Of a stretch of DNA of 64,000 nt, positions 19,908-27,209 are shown one piece after another (within the stretch, counting starts at the first letter, position 1; every line of letters starts with the position of its first letter). The translations under genes were made by a program, and so were the position numbers. Origin of the DNA: a virus (lineage: Duplodnaviria; Caudoviricetes); IMG/VR virus record IMGVR_UViG_2690316366_000001, positions 44,555-108,554 of that record. The stretch is one strand, 5' to 3'. The notes under the pieces were generated by a model. It had not been told where the DNA came from. It did not search any database and was given only the letters and a program-made list of their open reading frames with translations.

Positions 19908-20258
19908 TCAGTCGCGGGCGGGGGGATTGGTGCGGGTTTCGAGGCAGCGCGCGTGGCGCTCGGCGCCCTCTACGGATTTCAGCGCGCGCGCCACGTAATC
20001 CGCTGCATTGTTGGCGTCGGCGATCCGCAGGTGATTGCGCGCGGTGCGGATCAACTGCGCGGCAAGCCGGACACGCTCCAGGCGGGAGGCCGGCGGCGTT
20101 TCCAACAGCGACAACTGCGCGTCACGCTTCTGCAGGCGCTCAATCTCGGCCAGCGCCAAGTCAGCTTGTGCGCTCGGGCTGTCGCTGTCCTCGTGCGGAA
20201 CGTCAACATTCAGCGCGTCAAGAATCGAGTCGGTAAAGTCGGTGCAGGTGTAAGTCAT
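19908..20258 (-). CDS. Hypothetical protein with internal QLSLL motif
   Basis: AAAGGA RBS preceded by island hairpin. Confidence 0.75.
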   Translation of the reverse strand: MTYTCTDFTDSILDALNVDVPHEDSDSPSAQADLALAEIERLQKRDAQLSLLETPPASRLERVRLAAQLIRTARNHLRIADANNAADYVARALKSVEGAERHARCLETRTNPPARD

Positions 20259-20398
20259 TTGGCTTTCGTCCTTTCGTTTTACGCACTATCGCGCAGATGG
20301 TGGAGCGACCGCGGCCAGGTGCGCGCGTCATCCACCGCGCAAAATCAGCCGTAGTCGGGAGGTGCGCCGCCGGCCGGGAAATCAGCCGGCCCCGGGGG

Positions 20399-20790
20399 TT
20401 ACTCGGCGAGCTCCTCCAGGGTGACGCCGTCTTCGGCCGCATACTCGGAAATCAGAGTCAGCGCCCAATCTTCCGCCGCGCCGATCATTTCGCCGTCGCC
20501 GCCGCCGTGTTTCGAGTTGACCCGGGCGCATGCGTCCGCGGTCCATCGTTCAAGGCCGGGAACGTCGCCGAAAAAGTCGCGCGCGCGTTCCAAAACGGAT
20601 TCCTCCGACAAGCACGCGAGGCCGTAAATCCCGGCGATGTGCTCGTCAATCCGTCATCGCGGGTTGAGCGCTGGCGCGCGTAGCGCCAGGCTACGCCGTA
20701 GCGTTGCAGCGCGGAGCGGACGCGCCATCGATACTTTGAAGCCTCGTTAACGAGCGTGGCGAGCGGCGAGCGGGGCAAGGTGAGATGCAT
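20399..20790 (-). pseudogene. Hypothetical gene split by a probable 1-nt deletion near 20651
   Basis: AAAGGA RBS and MHLTLPR... start; span is 392 nt (3n-1); the second frame continues IDEHIAGIYGLACLSEESVLERA... but has TGA two codons upstream. Confidence 0.55.
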
Positions 20791-20837
20791 AACGGTTCCT
20801 TTGTTCTGTGATGGGAGATCGGCCGGCGACGGGACTG

Positions 20838-21116
20838 TTAGCAATTCACTTCGTGAAAGCCGCGCGCACCGTTCAAGACCTTGAAGCCCGGCGGGGAACG
20901 ATCGCCCTTGCCAATCCGCATAGTGGCAACCGCCGGCTTTCCCGTTGCCGCCAGGTCCGCGCAGTAGTCCGCGAATGCCTTTTCTGCATCGGCCGCGCGC
21001 TTGATCTCGACTTCGCGCCGTGGGAGCGGGCTTTTGTCCTCTCCGATGCAAAGCGCCACGCTAACGAATGCGCCGTTACGTTCCGCCGCGTAGCTATTCA
21101 AGATCAGTTTTGCCAT
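20838..21116 (-). CDS. Hypothetical protein (92 aa)
   Basis: AAAGGAG RBS preceded by island hairpin. Confidence 0.75.
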   Translation of the reverse strand: MAKLILNSYAAERNGAFVSVALCIGEDKSPLPRREVEIKRAADAEKAFADYCADLAATGKPAVATMRIGKGDRSPPGFKVLNGARGFHEVNC

Positions 21117-21202
21117 GTCGTTTAACTCCTTTCGAATTGCGCACCATTGCGCCGAAAAAATCGGCCTAGCCGACGGATTGGGGAAATCGGCCGCAACCGG
21201 GA

Positions 21203-21616
21203 CTAGGCCGCGGCGACTTGCTCGGCCGGCTTTTCGTCGGTCTGCGAAACGTCGAAAACCGGGACCAGGATAAACCGCACCGACTCCGCCACGGCCTCGG
21301 CTGCGGCGCCGTCCGCGCTCGGAGCCGCTGAGGCCTCGGCCGTTGCGCGCCGGCCGGACGGCGCAAAGATGTAGATTGCGGACTCGCCTTTGCGGACCGC
21401 GCGGCCGGCGGCAAGCCATTGATTGAAGCCGCCCAGCATGGTTGCGCCTTCGCATTGCATCGCCGCCAGCATGTGATTTTTGCCGGATATCGGCCGCGCG
21501 TCCGCGGTGAGGATCGGCGCGCGCTGCAGCCAAAGCGCCTTCTGCTCTTCCGTCATGTTGGCAATCTGGCGCGCCAGCTGCGCGGCCTTTTCTTTGTTGG
21601 GATTCGGTTTCCGCAT
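21203..21616 (-). CDS. Stand-alone ArdC-like N-terminal ssDNA-binding domain protein
   Basis: SGKNHML...GFNQWLAAGRAVRKGESAIYIFAP...F..VPVFDVSQT matches the ArdC-N pattern; hairpin plus AAAGGA. Confidence 0.75.
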   Translation of the reverse strand: MRKPNPNKEKAAQLARQIANMTEEQKALWLQRAPILTADARPISGKNHMLAAMQCEGATMLGGFNQWLAAGRAVRKGESAIYIFAPSGRRATAEASAAPSADGAAAEAVAESVRFILVPVFDVSQTDEKPAEQVAAA

Positions 21617-21686
21617 GGTCTGTTTTCCTTTCCGGTTGCGCACAATCGCGCGTGTTGCATTCCGTGAGGCCGAGGCGCGCCGCTTC

Positions 21687-21884
21687 TTAGTGCAGTTCCC
21701 AGGCGCGCAATTCGACGCCTGAACGCTTGCCGCGCTTGAATTCGTCGCAGCGGCGCGCGTATTCCTCGGCCTCGGCGGCAATATCAAACCGCCGCGATAG
21801 TTCGCCCCAATTGTTGAATTCGCAGCGATCAACCAGGCGAAACTTTGCGCCATCGGGCAAGATATCGAATCCATAGGCTCGCAT
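21687..21884 (-). CDS. Small hypothetical protein (65 aa)
   Basis: GGAG RBS; fits between neighbours. Confidence 0.6.
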   Translation of the reverse strand: MRAYGFDILPDGAKFRLVDRCEFNNWGELSRRFDIAAEAEEYARRCDEFKRGKRSGVELRAWELH

Positions 21885-21899
21885 TGCTGGCGACTCCGA

Positions 21900-22997
21900 C
21901 TAGCTGGCGCGGATCGCGCAGAGAGGCGCAACCGGGAGGGATGGCCGAGGCGCGCCGAGCGATGACGAGGCCAGGAAGCGCGCGGCGCGGGAAGGCGCAA
22001 CCGGGATAGGGGCCGCGGAGTTGGGCGCGGGCGCAACCGGGAGGGAATCGGCCGTATCCGGGAGGGAGGCCGCCGCGGTTTCGACGCCGGCGGAATTGTC
22101 TGCGACAAGCCGCAACCGCGGCGCCTCGGCCTCGGCCTTGGCTGCAGCTGCGCGCGCCTCGGCCTCTTGCTCGGCGCGCCGGCCGGCCTCGGCCTCGGCC
22201 TTTGCCGCGGCTTTGGCCTCGGCCTCGGCCGCGCGAACGATGGCGCGGCGCCGCGCTTCAATTTCCAGCCATGCCATACCGCCGAGGCGCGACCGATAGT
22301 CTGCAATCTGCGCGCCGAGCTCGGCCGCGCGTTCCTCGTCGGCGCCGGCCAAAATCTCGGCCTCGGCCGAGGCAATGAGGTAGTGCCCGCGGTAGAAGTC
22401 GGCGCGCGTCAACCCGCCGGCCTCGGCGGTTTCCGGCAAGGCCGAGGCCTCGGCGGAAAGTGCGACATGATCGAAACGGCCGCGGCGATATTCGGCCGTC
22501 CGCGCGTTGCATTCCTCGGCCGGATATTCGGCGCCGGTAGCGTCACAGATGGCGGAAATGATGGACGGGACCGCGACACAATCGGAACCGATGGCCGAGG
22601 CTTTCCCGAATTCCCGCGCGATCCGCGCGCGGTAGAAGGCAAAGGCAACACGCAAGCCGCGGCCGATATTGACCGGCTTGCCAGGCAGTGAAACCGCTGG
22701 CGCGCGTACCACGGCGCCGCATGCGAACGTCACAACGATGATAGGTGACTTGCCTAGCTTTTTCGTCGCGCTTGCAGGAATGACGTAGTCCGCCCATGGA
22801 TCCGCCGCGCCGTCCGGGATCTTGGCCGCGCCGGATCCAGCTTTCTGCGCCGGCAATGCGAGGCGCAGCAAATCGGCAATGCCGCGCCAGTTCGCGCCGT
22901 CGGGATTCGCGGTCGCGTTGTCATAGGCGAGGATCGCCAGCGCGCGCCGTTCCGTTGCCTTTGCGGCCTTGGCCGCGATCAAATCAACTTGTTGCAT
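21900..22997 (-). CDS. Ala-rich hypothetical protein (365 aa) with coiled-coil and PVAP-repeat tail
   Basis: AAAGGA RBS preceded by island hairpin; start MQQVDL. Confidence 0.75.
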   Translation of the reverse strand: MQQVDLIAAKAAKATERRALAILAYDNATANPDGANWRGIADLLRLALPAQKAGSGAAKIPDGAADPWADYVIPASATKKLGKSPIIVVTFACGAVVRAPAVSLPGKPVNIGRGLRVAFAFYRARIAREFGKASAIGSDCVAVPSIISAICDATGAEYPAEECNARTAEYRRGRFDHVALSAEASALPETAEAGGLTRADFYRGHYLIASAEAEILAGADEERAAELGAQIADYRSRLGGMAWLEIEARRRAIVRAAEAEAKAAAKAEAEAGRRAEQEAEARAAAAKAEAEAPRLRLVADNSAGVETAAASLPDTADSLPVAPAPNSAAPIPVAPSRAARFLASSSLGAPRPSLPVAPLCAIRAS

Positions 22998-23061
22998 GGT
23001 CCATTGTCCTTTCTGATTTGCGCACGATTGCGCCGAGAATTGAGGGAAGGCCGAGGCCAGG

Positions 23062-23360
23062 TTAGGCCGTAGCTTTGGCGCGGCGCCGCGCGTCAATCGC
23101 GGCGCGTATCTCTTTCTTGAACCGGGGCGCATAACGGCCGTTGAATGCGCGCAATTCAGAAAAGGCGATATCGGCCGCGGCCTTGGCAATCCGGTATCGC
23201 GGATCGAATTTAATTCGGTCCGGAGTCAGTCCCATCGGACCGCGCGCCGGAATCCCATTTCGGCCGCAAGGCCTTCTGTCACGGCGCCGAGGCGCGCGCC
23301 GGCCTCTTTCATCCGATTATCCAACTCGGCCGCGGCGGCTTGGAATGCTGCAAAATCCAT
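23062..23360 (-). pseudogene. Phage hypothetical gene (RGPMGLTPD...LRAFN type) split by a probable 1-nt deletion near 23255
   Basis: AGGTG RBS and MDFAAFQ...AEMG, then a frame change to IPARGPMGLTPDRIKFDPRYRIAK...; span 299 nt (3n-1). Confidence 0.6.
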
Positions 23361-23368
23361 CGGTGCAC

Positions 23369-23557
23369 CTAGACGCTTTCGTCAAAGCGCGCGGCCTCAA
23401 AGTCGCGGCTTGCCTGTTCTGCCTCGGCGCCGGTAAGCATGCGGCGGCTTGTCGGATAATAGAACGCGCGCGTTCCGACCGGGATGAAATGCCCGTTGCG
23501 GTCATTGGCCGGATATTTGGTAATGATCCATCGCGGATCGCCGCCATAGCGTGCCAT
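23369..23557 (-). CDS. Small hypothetical protein (62 aa, MARYGGDPRWI)
   Basis: AAAGGA RBS preceded by island hairpin. Confidence 0.75.
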   Translation of the reverse strand: MARYGGDPRWIITKYPANDRNGHFIPVGTRAFYYPTSRRMLTGAEAEQASRDFEAARFDESV

Positions 23558-23615
23558 TGTAGTCTGTCCTTTCCAGTTTGCGCACAATCGCGCGAATGAA
23601 TTCGACGGCGCCGGC

Positions 23616-23954
23616 CTAGTAACCTGCGGCCTCGGCGGAATAGTCGCGCTGGCCAGTCTCGGCGATTTGCCAGTCCGGAAAGCGCGCGCCGTTTTCGGTA
23701 TCGTTGTACCCCGCCGAGAGCCTATCGGCCGCGCAGCTGCAAACGCCATCGCGGGTTATGCGTCCATCGCAGTCCGCGCCATCGTTGCACCATTCGTTAG
23801 TCACGGTTTGCCCGTCGAAAGAAAAGATATTTGACTCGCGCGTCCATCCTTCGTCCGTTCTGGCGCCGTGCGAATGGTGCAACGTTTGGCCAGTCCGCAA
23901 CGCGATACGGACAAGGCCGGATTTGTGATAGTGCCAAAAGCGCGCTGTTTTCAT
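23616..23954 (-). CDS. Hypothetical protein (112 aa; TDEGW, DCDGR, QRDYSAEAAGY motifs)
   Basis: AAGGGA RBS; clean ORF. Confidence 0.75.
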   Translation of the reverse strand: MKTARFWHYHKSGLVRIALRTGQTLHHSHGARTDEGWTRESNIFSFDGQTVTNEWCNDGADCDGRITRDGVCSCAADRLSAGYNDTENGARFPDWQIAETGQRDYSAEAAGY

Positions 23955-23967
23955 GGTGCGGTATCCC

Positions 23968-24297
23968 TTACGGAAGGCGGTTGAAAACGGAATGATAGGC
24001 CGAGGCCTCGGCGATGCATTCCCGCGCGGCCTCCAGATTGCGAGCGCGGCTCATGGGCGAGAGTTTCGCCGCGCGCCGATAGTAAGCCGCCCAGTGCAAA
24101 GCCTCGGCCGCAAGCGCGCGGCGCGGCCGGCAAGATAGGCGAGAGGTACGCAAGGCAACCGGACCGGCCGCGCGTTCTGCGCGCGCCGTGAATTCGATTC
24201 CGTTACAGACAATCCAGAACGTTGCCACGTTGTGGCGCCGGACGCGCGCCTCGGCGCGTAGCGCGGAAATGGTGCGGCGGTATGCATCGCGATTCAT
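23968..24297 (-). CDS. Basic hypothetical protein (109 aa)
   Basis: ATGA overlap with the upstream gene; GGAG RBS. Confidence 0.6.
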   Translation of the reverse strand: MNRDAYRRTISALRAEARVRRHNVATFWIVCNGIEFTARAERAAGPVALRTSRLSCRPRRALAAEALHWAAYYRRAAKLSPMSRARNLEAARECIAEASAYHSVFNRLP

Positions 24298-24698
24298 GCT
24301 GCGCGCTCCAGTTCGCAAGCCGCGGTCCATCCGGTTGCGCGATCATAGGAGGCCGCGCGCGCGATCATTGGCGGCTTGCGCAATTCGTCATCCGGCGGAA
24401 TCACGCCATAGCGTTCCGGCGCAGCGTCAAGTTTCGCCATGGCTGCAGCATGCTCGGCCGCGCGCCACACATTGAAGGCCGCGACGATATGCGCCGGTAG
24501 CGGTTCAGCGTATCGGACAAGCATGCCGATTCCGGTCCGCATGGCGCGGCGGACGTCATCGCCATTTGCTATCGATAGCTCATAGTCAGAAACGGAATGA
24601 CGGATGGAAACTTCATAGCTGCCGGTTTCATCTGTCACGCGATAGTAAACGGTCCCCATGTAGGAACACGTCCAAGCGAATTGCGGTTTGCGGTTCAT
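24294..24698 (-). CDS. Hypothetical protein (134 aa)
   Basis: AAAGG RBS preceded by island hairpin. Confidence 0.75.
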   Translation of the reverse strand: MNRKPQFAWTCSYMGTVYYRVTDETGSYEVSIRHSVSDYELSIANGDDVRRAMRTGIGMLVRYAEPLPAHIVAAFNVWRAAEHAAAMAKLDAAPERYGVIPPDDELRKPPMIARAASYDRATGWTAACELERAA

Positions 24699-24736
24699 GG
24701 TCGAAAGCCTTTTTCGATTGCGCACAATCGCGCGGG

Positions 24737-24979
24737 TTAGTTGGCCAGGTTCCTAGCTTCACGGTTGAGCGCGGAAACCTCGCGACGAAACGCCGTGATT
24801 CCCTTTTCTCCGATATCCAACTTTCCGCCGGTCGGAGTCGGCAGATATCCGACATAACCGCGAATGTTGAAATACAGCTGGCCAGTCCGCGCGCCGTTCA
24901 AGAGAACGTCATAGCGCGGCGTCTTTTCCAGCGTTTGGCAACCGCGGCGGGTTTCCTGCAATTCCAATTTCCAAGGCAT
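24737..24979 (-). CDS. Hypothetical protein (80 aa)
   Basis: AAAGGA RBS preceded by island hairpin. Confidence 0.75.
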   Translation of the reverse strand: MPWKLELQETRRGCQTLEKTPRYDVLLNGARTGQLYFNIRGYVGYLPTPTGGKLDIGEKGITAFRREVSALNREARNLAN

Positions 24980-25072
24980 TGGCCGTTGTCCTTTTCGAGT
25001 TTGCGCACAATCGCGCTTTGGTCCGCTTTGGCGTTCCGTTGTACGGCGCGCGCGGCGCCGTACAGGGGAAAG

Positions 25073-25384
25073 TCAGAAGGCGGCTTGATTGGGCGGCTTA
25101 GGCAATCCGGAAAGCGCGCTTAACGTTTGCGCAACAGACTGCGCGGCCTCGGCCGTTGGGCAATCGGTAATTGCTTCGCAACCGCCGGCTTTGAGATGGG
25201 CGTAAACGGTCCAAAACTCGGCCTCGGAATCCGGGATTCCGCCATTGGTGAAAGTGAACCCGGTTTCGTCCGTTTCCGTGTTGCATCCGCCGACTTCAAG
25301 CCAATCAAATGGCGACCAATCCGGCGCCGTGTTACCAGTGCAGCAATTGAAATAGACGGCGCCGTCAAGTGACACTGCAGGCAT
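25073..25384 (-). CDS. Acidic Cys-containing hypothetical protein (103 aa)
   Basis: GAGGAG RBS. Confidence 0.7.
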   Translation of the reverse strand: MPAVSLDGAVYFNCCTGNTAPDWSPFDWLEVGGCNTETDETGFTFTNGGIPDSEAEFWTVYAHLKAGGCEAITDCPTAEAAQSVAQTLSALSGLPKPPNQAAF

Positions 25385-25396
25385 TGCCCTAACTCC

Positions 25397-25501
25397 TCAA
25401 AGGCAAGAATTCAGAAAAGCACGCTTGCCATTGCGGTCCGCGGCGCGCCGAGTCCGCTTGTCCATCGGCCGGCGCTCGGAATCATGCTTGCGATACTTCA
25501 T
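25397..25501 (-). CDS. Very small basic peptide (34 aa, MKYRKHDSERR)
   Basis: AAAGGA RBS preceded by island hairpin at the usual spacing. Confidence 0.65.
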   Translation of the reverse strand: MKYRKHDSERRPMDKRTRRAADRNGKRAFLNSCL

Positions 25502-25593
25502 AGCTCGTTTTCCTTTTCCAGTTTGCGCACAATTGCGCGGTTTCGGCGGTTTGTCGGTTATGCCGTGACGTGCACGGCATAGGCTGCAAACCG

Positions 25594-25902
25594 TTAGCGG
25601 CGATCCTGCAGCGCGCTGGCGATGGTATCGCCAAAGCCTAACAGGATCGAAACGGAATCCGATTGGGCCAGGTCGGCGCCAGTTTCGCAACGAATGACGG
25701 CCGGCGCGGTCCCGCGCCATTCGCGGCGAATGATCGAATTTGCGAAACGATGGTGCGCATAGTCGGGATTCGATAGGAGCACGGCGCAATGTGCTGCGCG
25801 CTGCATTGTCCGCCTATCAGCTGCAGCCATCCAAGCCATATCGAATTCGTCGCGCAGTGCATGCCGCGCCGCGTCCAGTGCTACAGGGTTTCCGATTTGC
25901 AT
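25594..25902 (-). CDS. Hypothetical protein (102 aa)
   Basis: GAGGAG RBS overlapping the upstream stop. Confidence 0.65.
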   Translation of the reverse strand: MQIGNPVALDAARHALRDEFDMAWMAAADRRTMQRAAHCAVLLSNPDYAHHRFANSIIRREWRGTAPAVIRCETGADLAQSDSVSILLGFGDTIASALQDRR

Positions 25903-25915
25903 TGTTGCGCGCTCC

Positions 25916-26101
25916 TCAATTCGCGATTGCGAGCGCAAGCCGCGCGGTGCGGATATGGCCGAGGCGGTCCGCTGGAATGGTGCGATCGGCCGAGGCCAGG
26001 GTTTCGGCATTGGACACAAGCCGCAATGCGAGTGTGAGGTTTCCGAGGCGGATCGCCGCGGCCGCATGATGCAACAGGCTTCTAACGGTTGAGTTTGTCA
26101 C
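25916..26101 (-). CDS. Small helical hypothetical protein (61 aa, GTG start)
   Basis: GAAGG RBS preceded by island hairpin. Confidence 0.65.
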   Translation of the reverse strand: MTNSTVRSLLHHAAAAIRLGNLTLALRLVSNAETLASADRTIPADRLGHIRTARLALAIAN

Positions 26102-26152
26102 TGCTCTTGCCTTCAAGTTTGCGCACAATCGCGCGGGTTGAGCCGGACCGGG

Positions 26153-26344
26153 CTAGCGGCGCGGCGGACTGGAACGGCGCGCGCGGCGCCGGATCATGAG
26201 GCGCCGAGGCTTTGCCGGCGCGTAAAGGAAGGGAGCTAGGCCAGCCCAGCAAAGGGTATAGATCGCCGCAACAATCAAACCGGCAACCGGTGGGTTAGCT
26301 GCGCAAAGGGAAAGGAAGGCGTGCACGGCGCGGCCCCTAAGCAT
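26153..26344 (-). CDS. Small membrane protein (one TM segment, basic tail)
   Basis: VAGLIVAAIYTLCWAGLAPFLY hydrophobic segment; start overlaps upstream stop. Confidence 0.5.
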   Translation of the reverse strand: MLRGRAVHAFLSLCAANPPVAGLIVAAIYTLCWAGLAPFLYAPAKPRRLMIRRRARRSSPPRR

Positions 26345-26573
26345 TCGGCCGCGATTGGTCGGCGGACACTTCGCACGATATGACGCGAAAGCACGCAATG
26401 CCTTTGGCGTTCAATTCGCGATACTTGGCCAACGAAATACGCTCGGCAAAGCGCGCGCGGTCTTTGGCACGGTCGCAGGCATGATCAGCGGAATGGGAAA
26501 AGAGGCGGATATGATAATCGCAACCGGTTGCGATACGGCGGACAGTGACTTGATAGGCGAGGGTCTTTGCCAT
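26337..26573 (-). CDS. Hypothetical protein (78 aa), first hairpin-associated gene of the island
   Basis: AAAAGG RBS preceded by island hairpin; TTGACA at 26649-26644 upstream. Confidence 0.7.
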   Translation of the reverse strand: MAKTLAYQVTVRRIATGCDYHIRLFSHSADHACDRAKDRARFAERISLAKYRELNAKGIACFRVISCEVSADQSRPNA

Positions 26574-26722
26574 GTCGGCGGCCTTTTGAGTTGCGCACAA
26601 TCGCGCTTTCCGTTCGCCGCACATGCCTATAAAGCGCGGCGCGTGTCAATCCCTTAATTCGCTATTCTGTGAAAAAAGATAGCGGTTAGACCGGCCGGAC
26701 TCACACTAGAGGGAATTCCGGC

Positions 26723-27034
26723 CTATTCCTGCAGAATGGCGTTTATCCGCCCGAGGCGAAAGGCCTCTTGCATGGGTACCGCGGGCGAAAGGCCGGCCGC
26801 AACGGCGCGACACTTCAAGGCGAGTTCAGCGCTACCGCCTTCCGCGCGTACAGCCGTGACAGTGTTAGGCGAGATAAACAGCGCTGCAGCTGCGGCGCCA
26901 TTGGATAGGCCTAGCTCCTCTTGCCAGGCCTTGAATTCGGCCGCGCTGATTCGCATTGCGGCGCCGGCCGAGGCATAGGCGCGGCCTTTGCCAGCTTGCC
27001 TCGGCGCCGAGTTATCCGCCTTCGCTGCAGGCAT
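26723..27034 (-). CDS. XRE/Cro-like helix-turn-helix protein
   Basis: ISAAEFKAWQEELGLSNGAAAAALFISPNTV...LALKCRAV; GAGGG RBS (alternative start 26956). Confidence 0.7.
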   Translation of the reverse strand: MPAAKADNSAPRQAGKGRAYASAGAAMRISAAEFKAWQEELGLSNGAAAAALFISPNTVTAVRAEGGSAELALKCRAVAAGLSPAVPMQEAFRLGRINAILQE

Positions 27035-27209
27035 GTGCTTTCCCTCTTGCGTGAGTCCGGAACGTTCATTGCCGGGTTACCTATCACAGAACAGGGAAAG
27101 GCCGAGGCCGCGCCGCGCCGTCATGCACCGCCGAGTAGCGGAACCGGATTTGACACTCCGACTCCGATTATGATTCAGAACAGGCATTCGGCGCATTGTC
27201 GCTGCAGCC

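Larger units (their letters stand above)
15151..22063 (+). repeat. Polar ~18-bp repeat, consensus (plus strand) AATCGRYCGTAKCCGRGR
   Basis: Close copies near 15151, 15180, 15596, 16405, 16434, 17052, 18918, 18943, 20343, 21185 and 22046; degenerate copies near 19883, 20379, 20816 and 21159; all in the same orientation. Confidence 0.85.
15133..26606 (-). repeat. Start-associated hairpin repeat, 12 copies, consensus (minus strand) GSGCR-ATNG-TGCSY-AA
   Basis: Plus-strand copies (TTGCGCACAATCGCGC and variants) at 15133, 18851, 20279, 21137, 21636, 23018, 23578, 24718, 25001, 25523, 26119 and 26591; each 17-21 nt upstream of a start codon. Confidence 0.95.

Noticed and set aside
15151-21202. Polar repeat as a series of intrinsic terminators (UACG hairpin plus U run)
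   Set aside because: Only some copies pair well, stems are 4-5 bp, and two copies lie inside CDSs; kept only as an alternative explanation.
15133-26606. CRISPR array interpretation of the 16-bp repeat
   Set aside because: Copies are hundreds to thousands of bases apart and separated by whole genes; no regular spacers and no cas genes in the window.
13792-27034. Integron cassette array
   Set aside because: No integrase in view and no attC-type RYYYAAC...GTTRRRY long palindromes; the hairpin is tied to start codons rather than gene ends.
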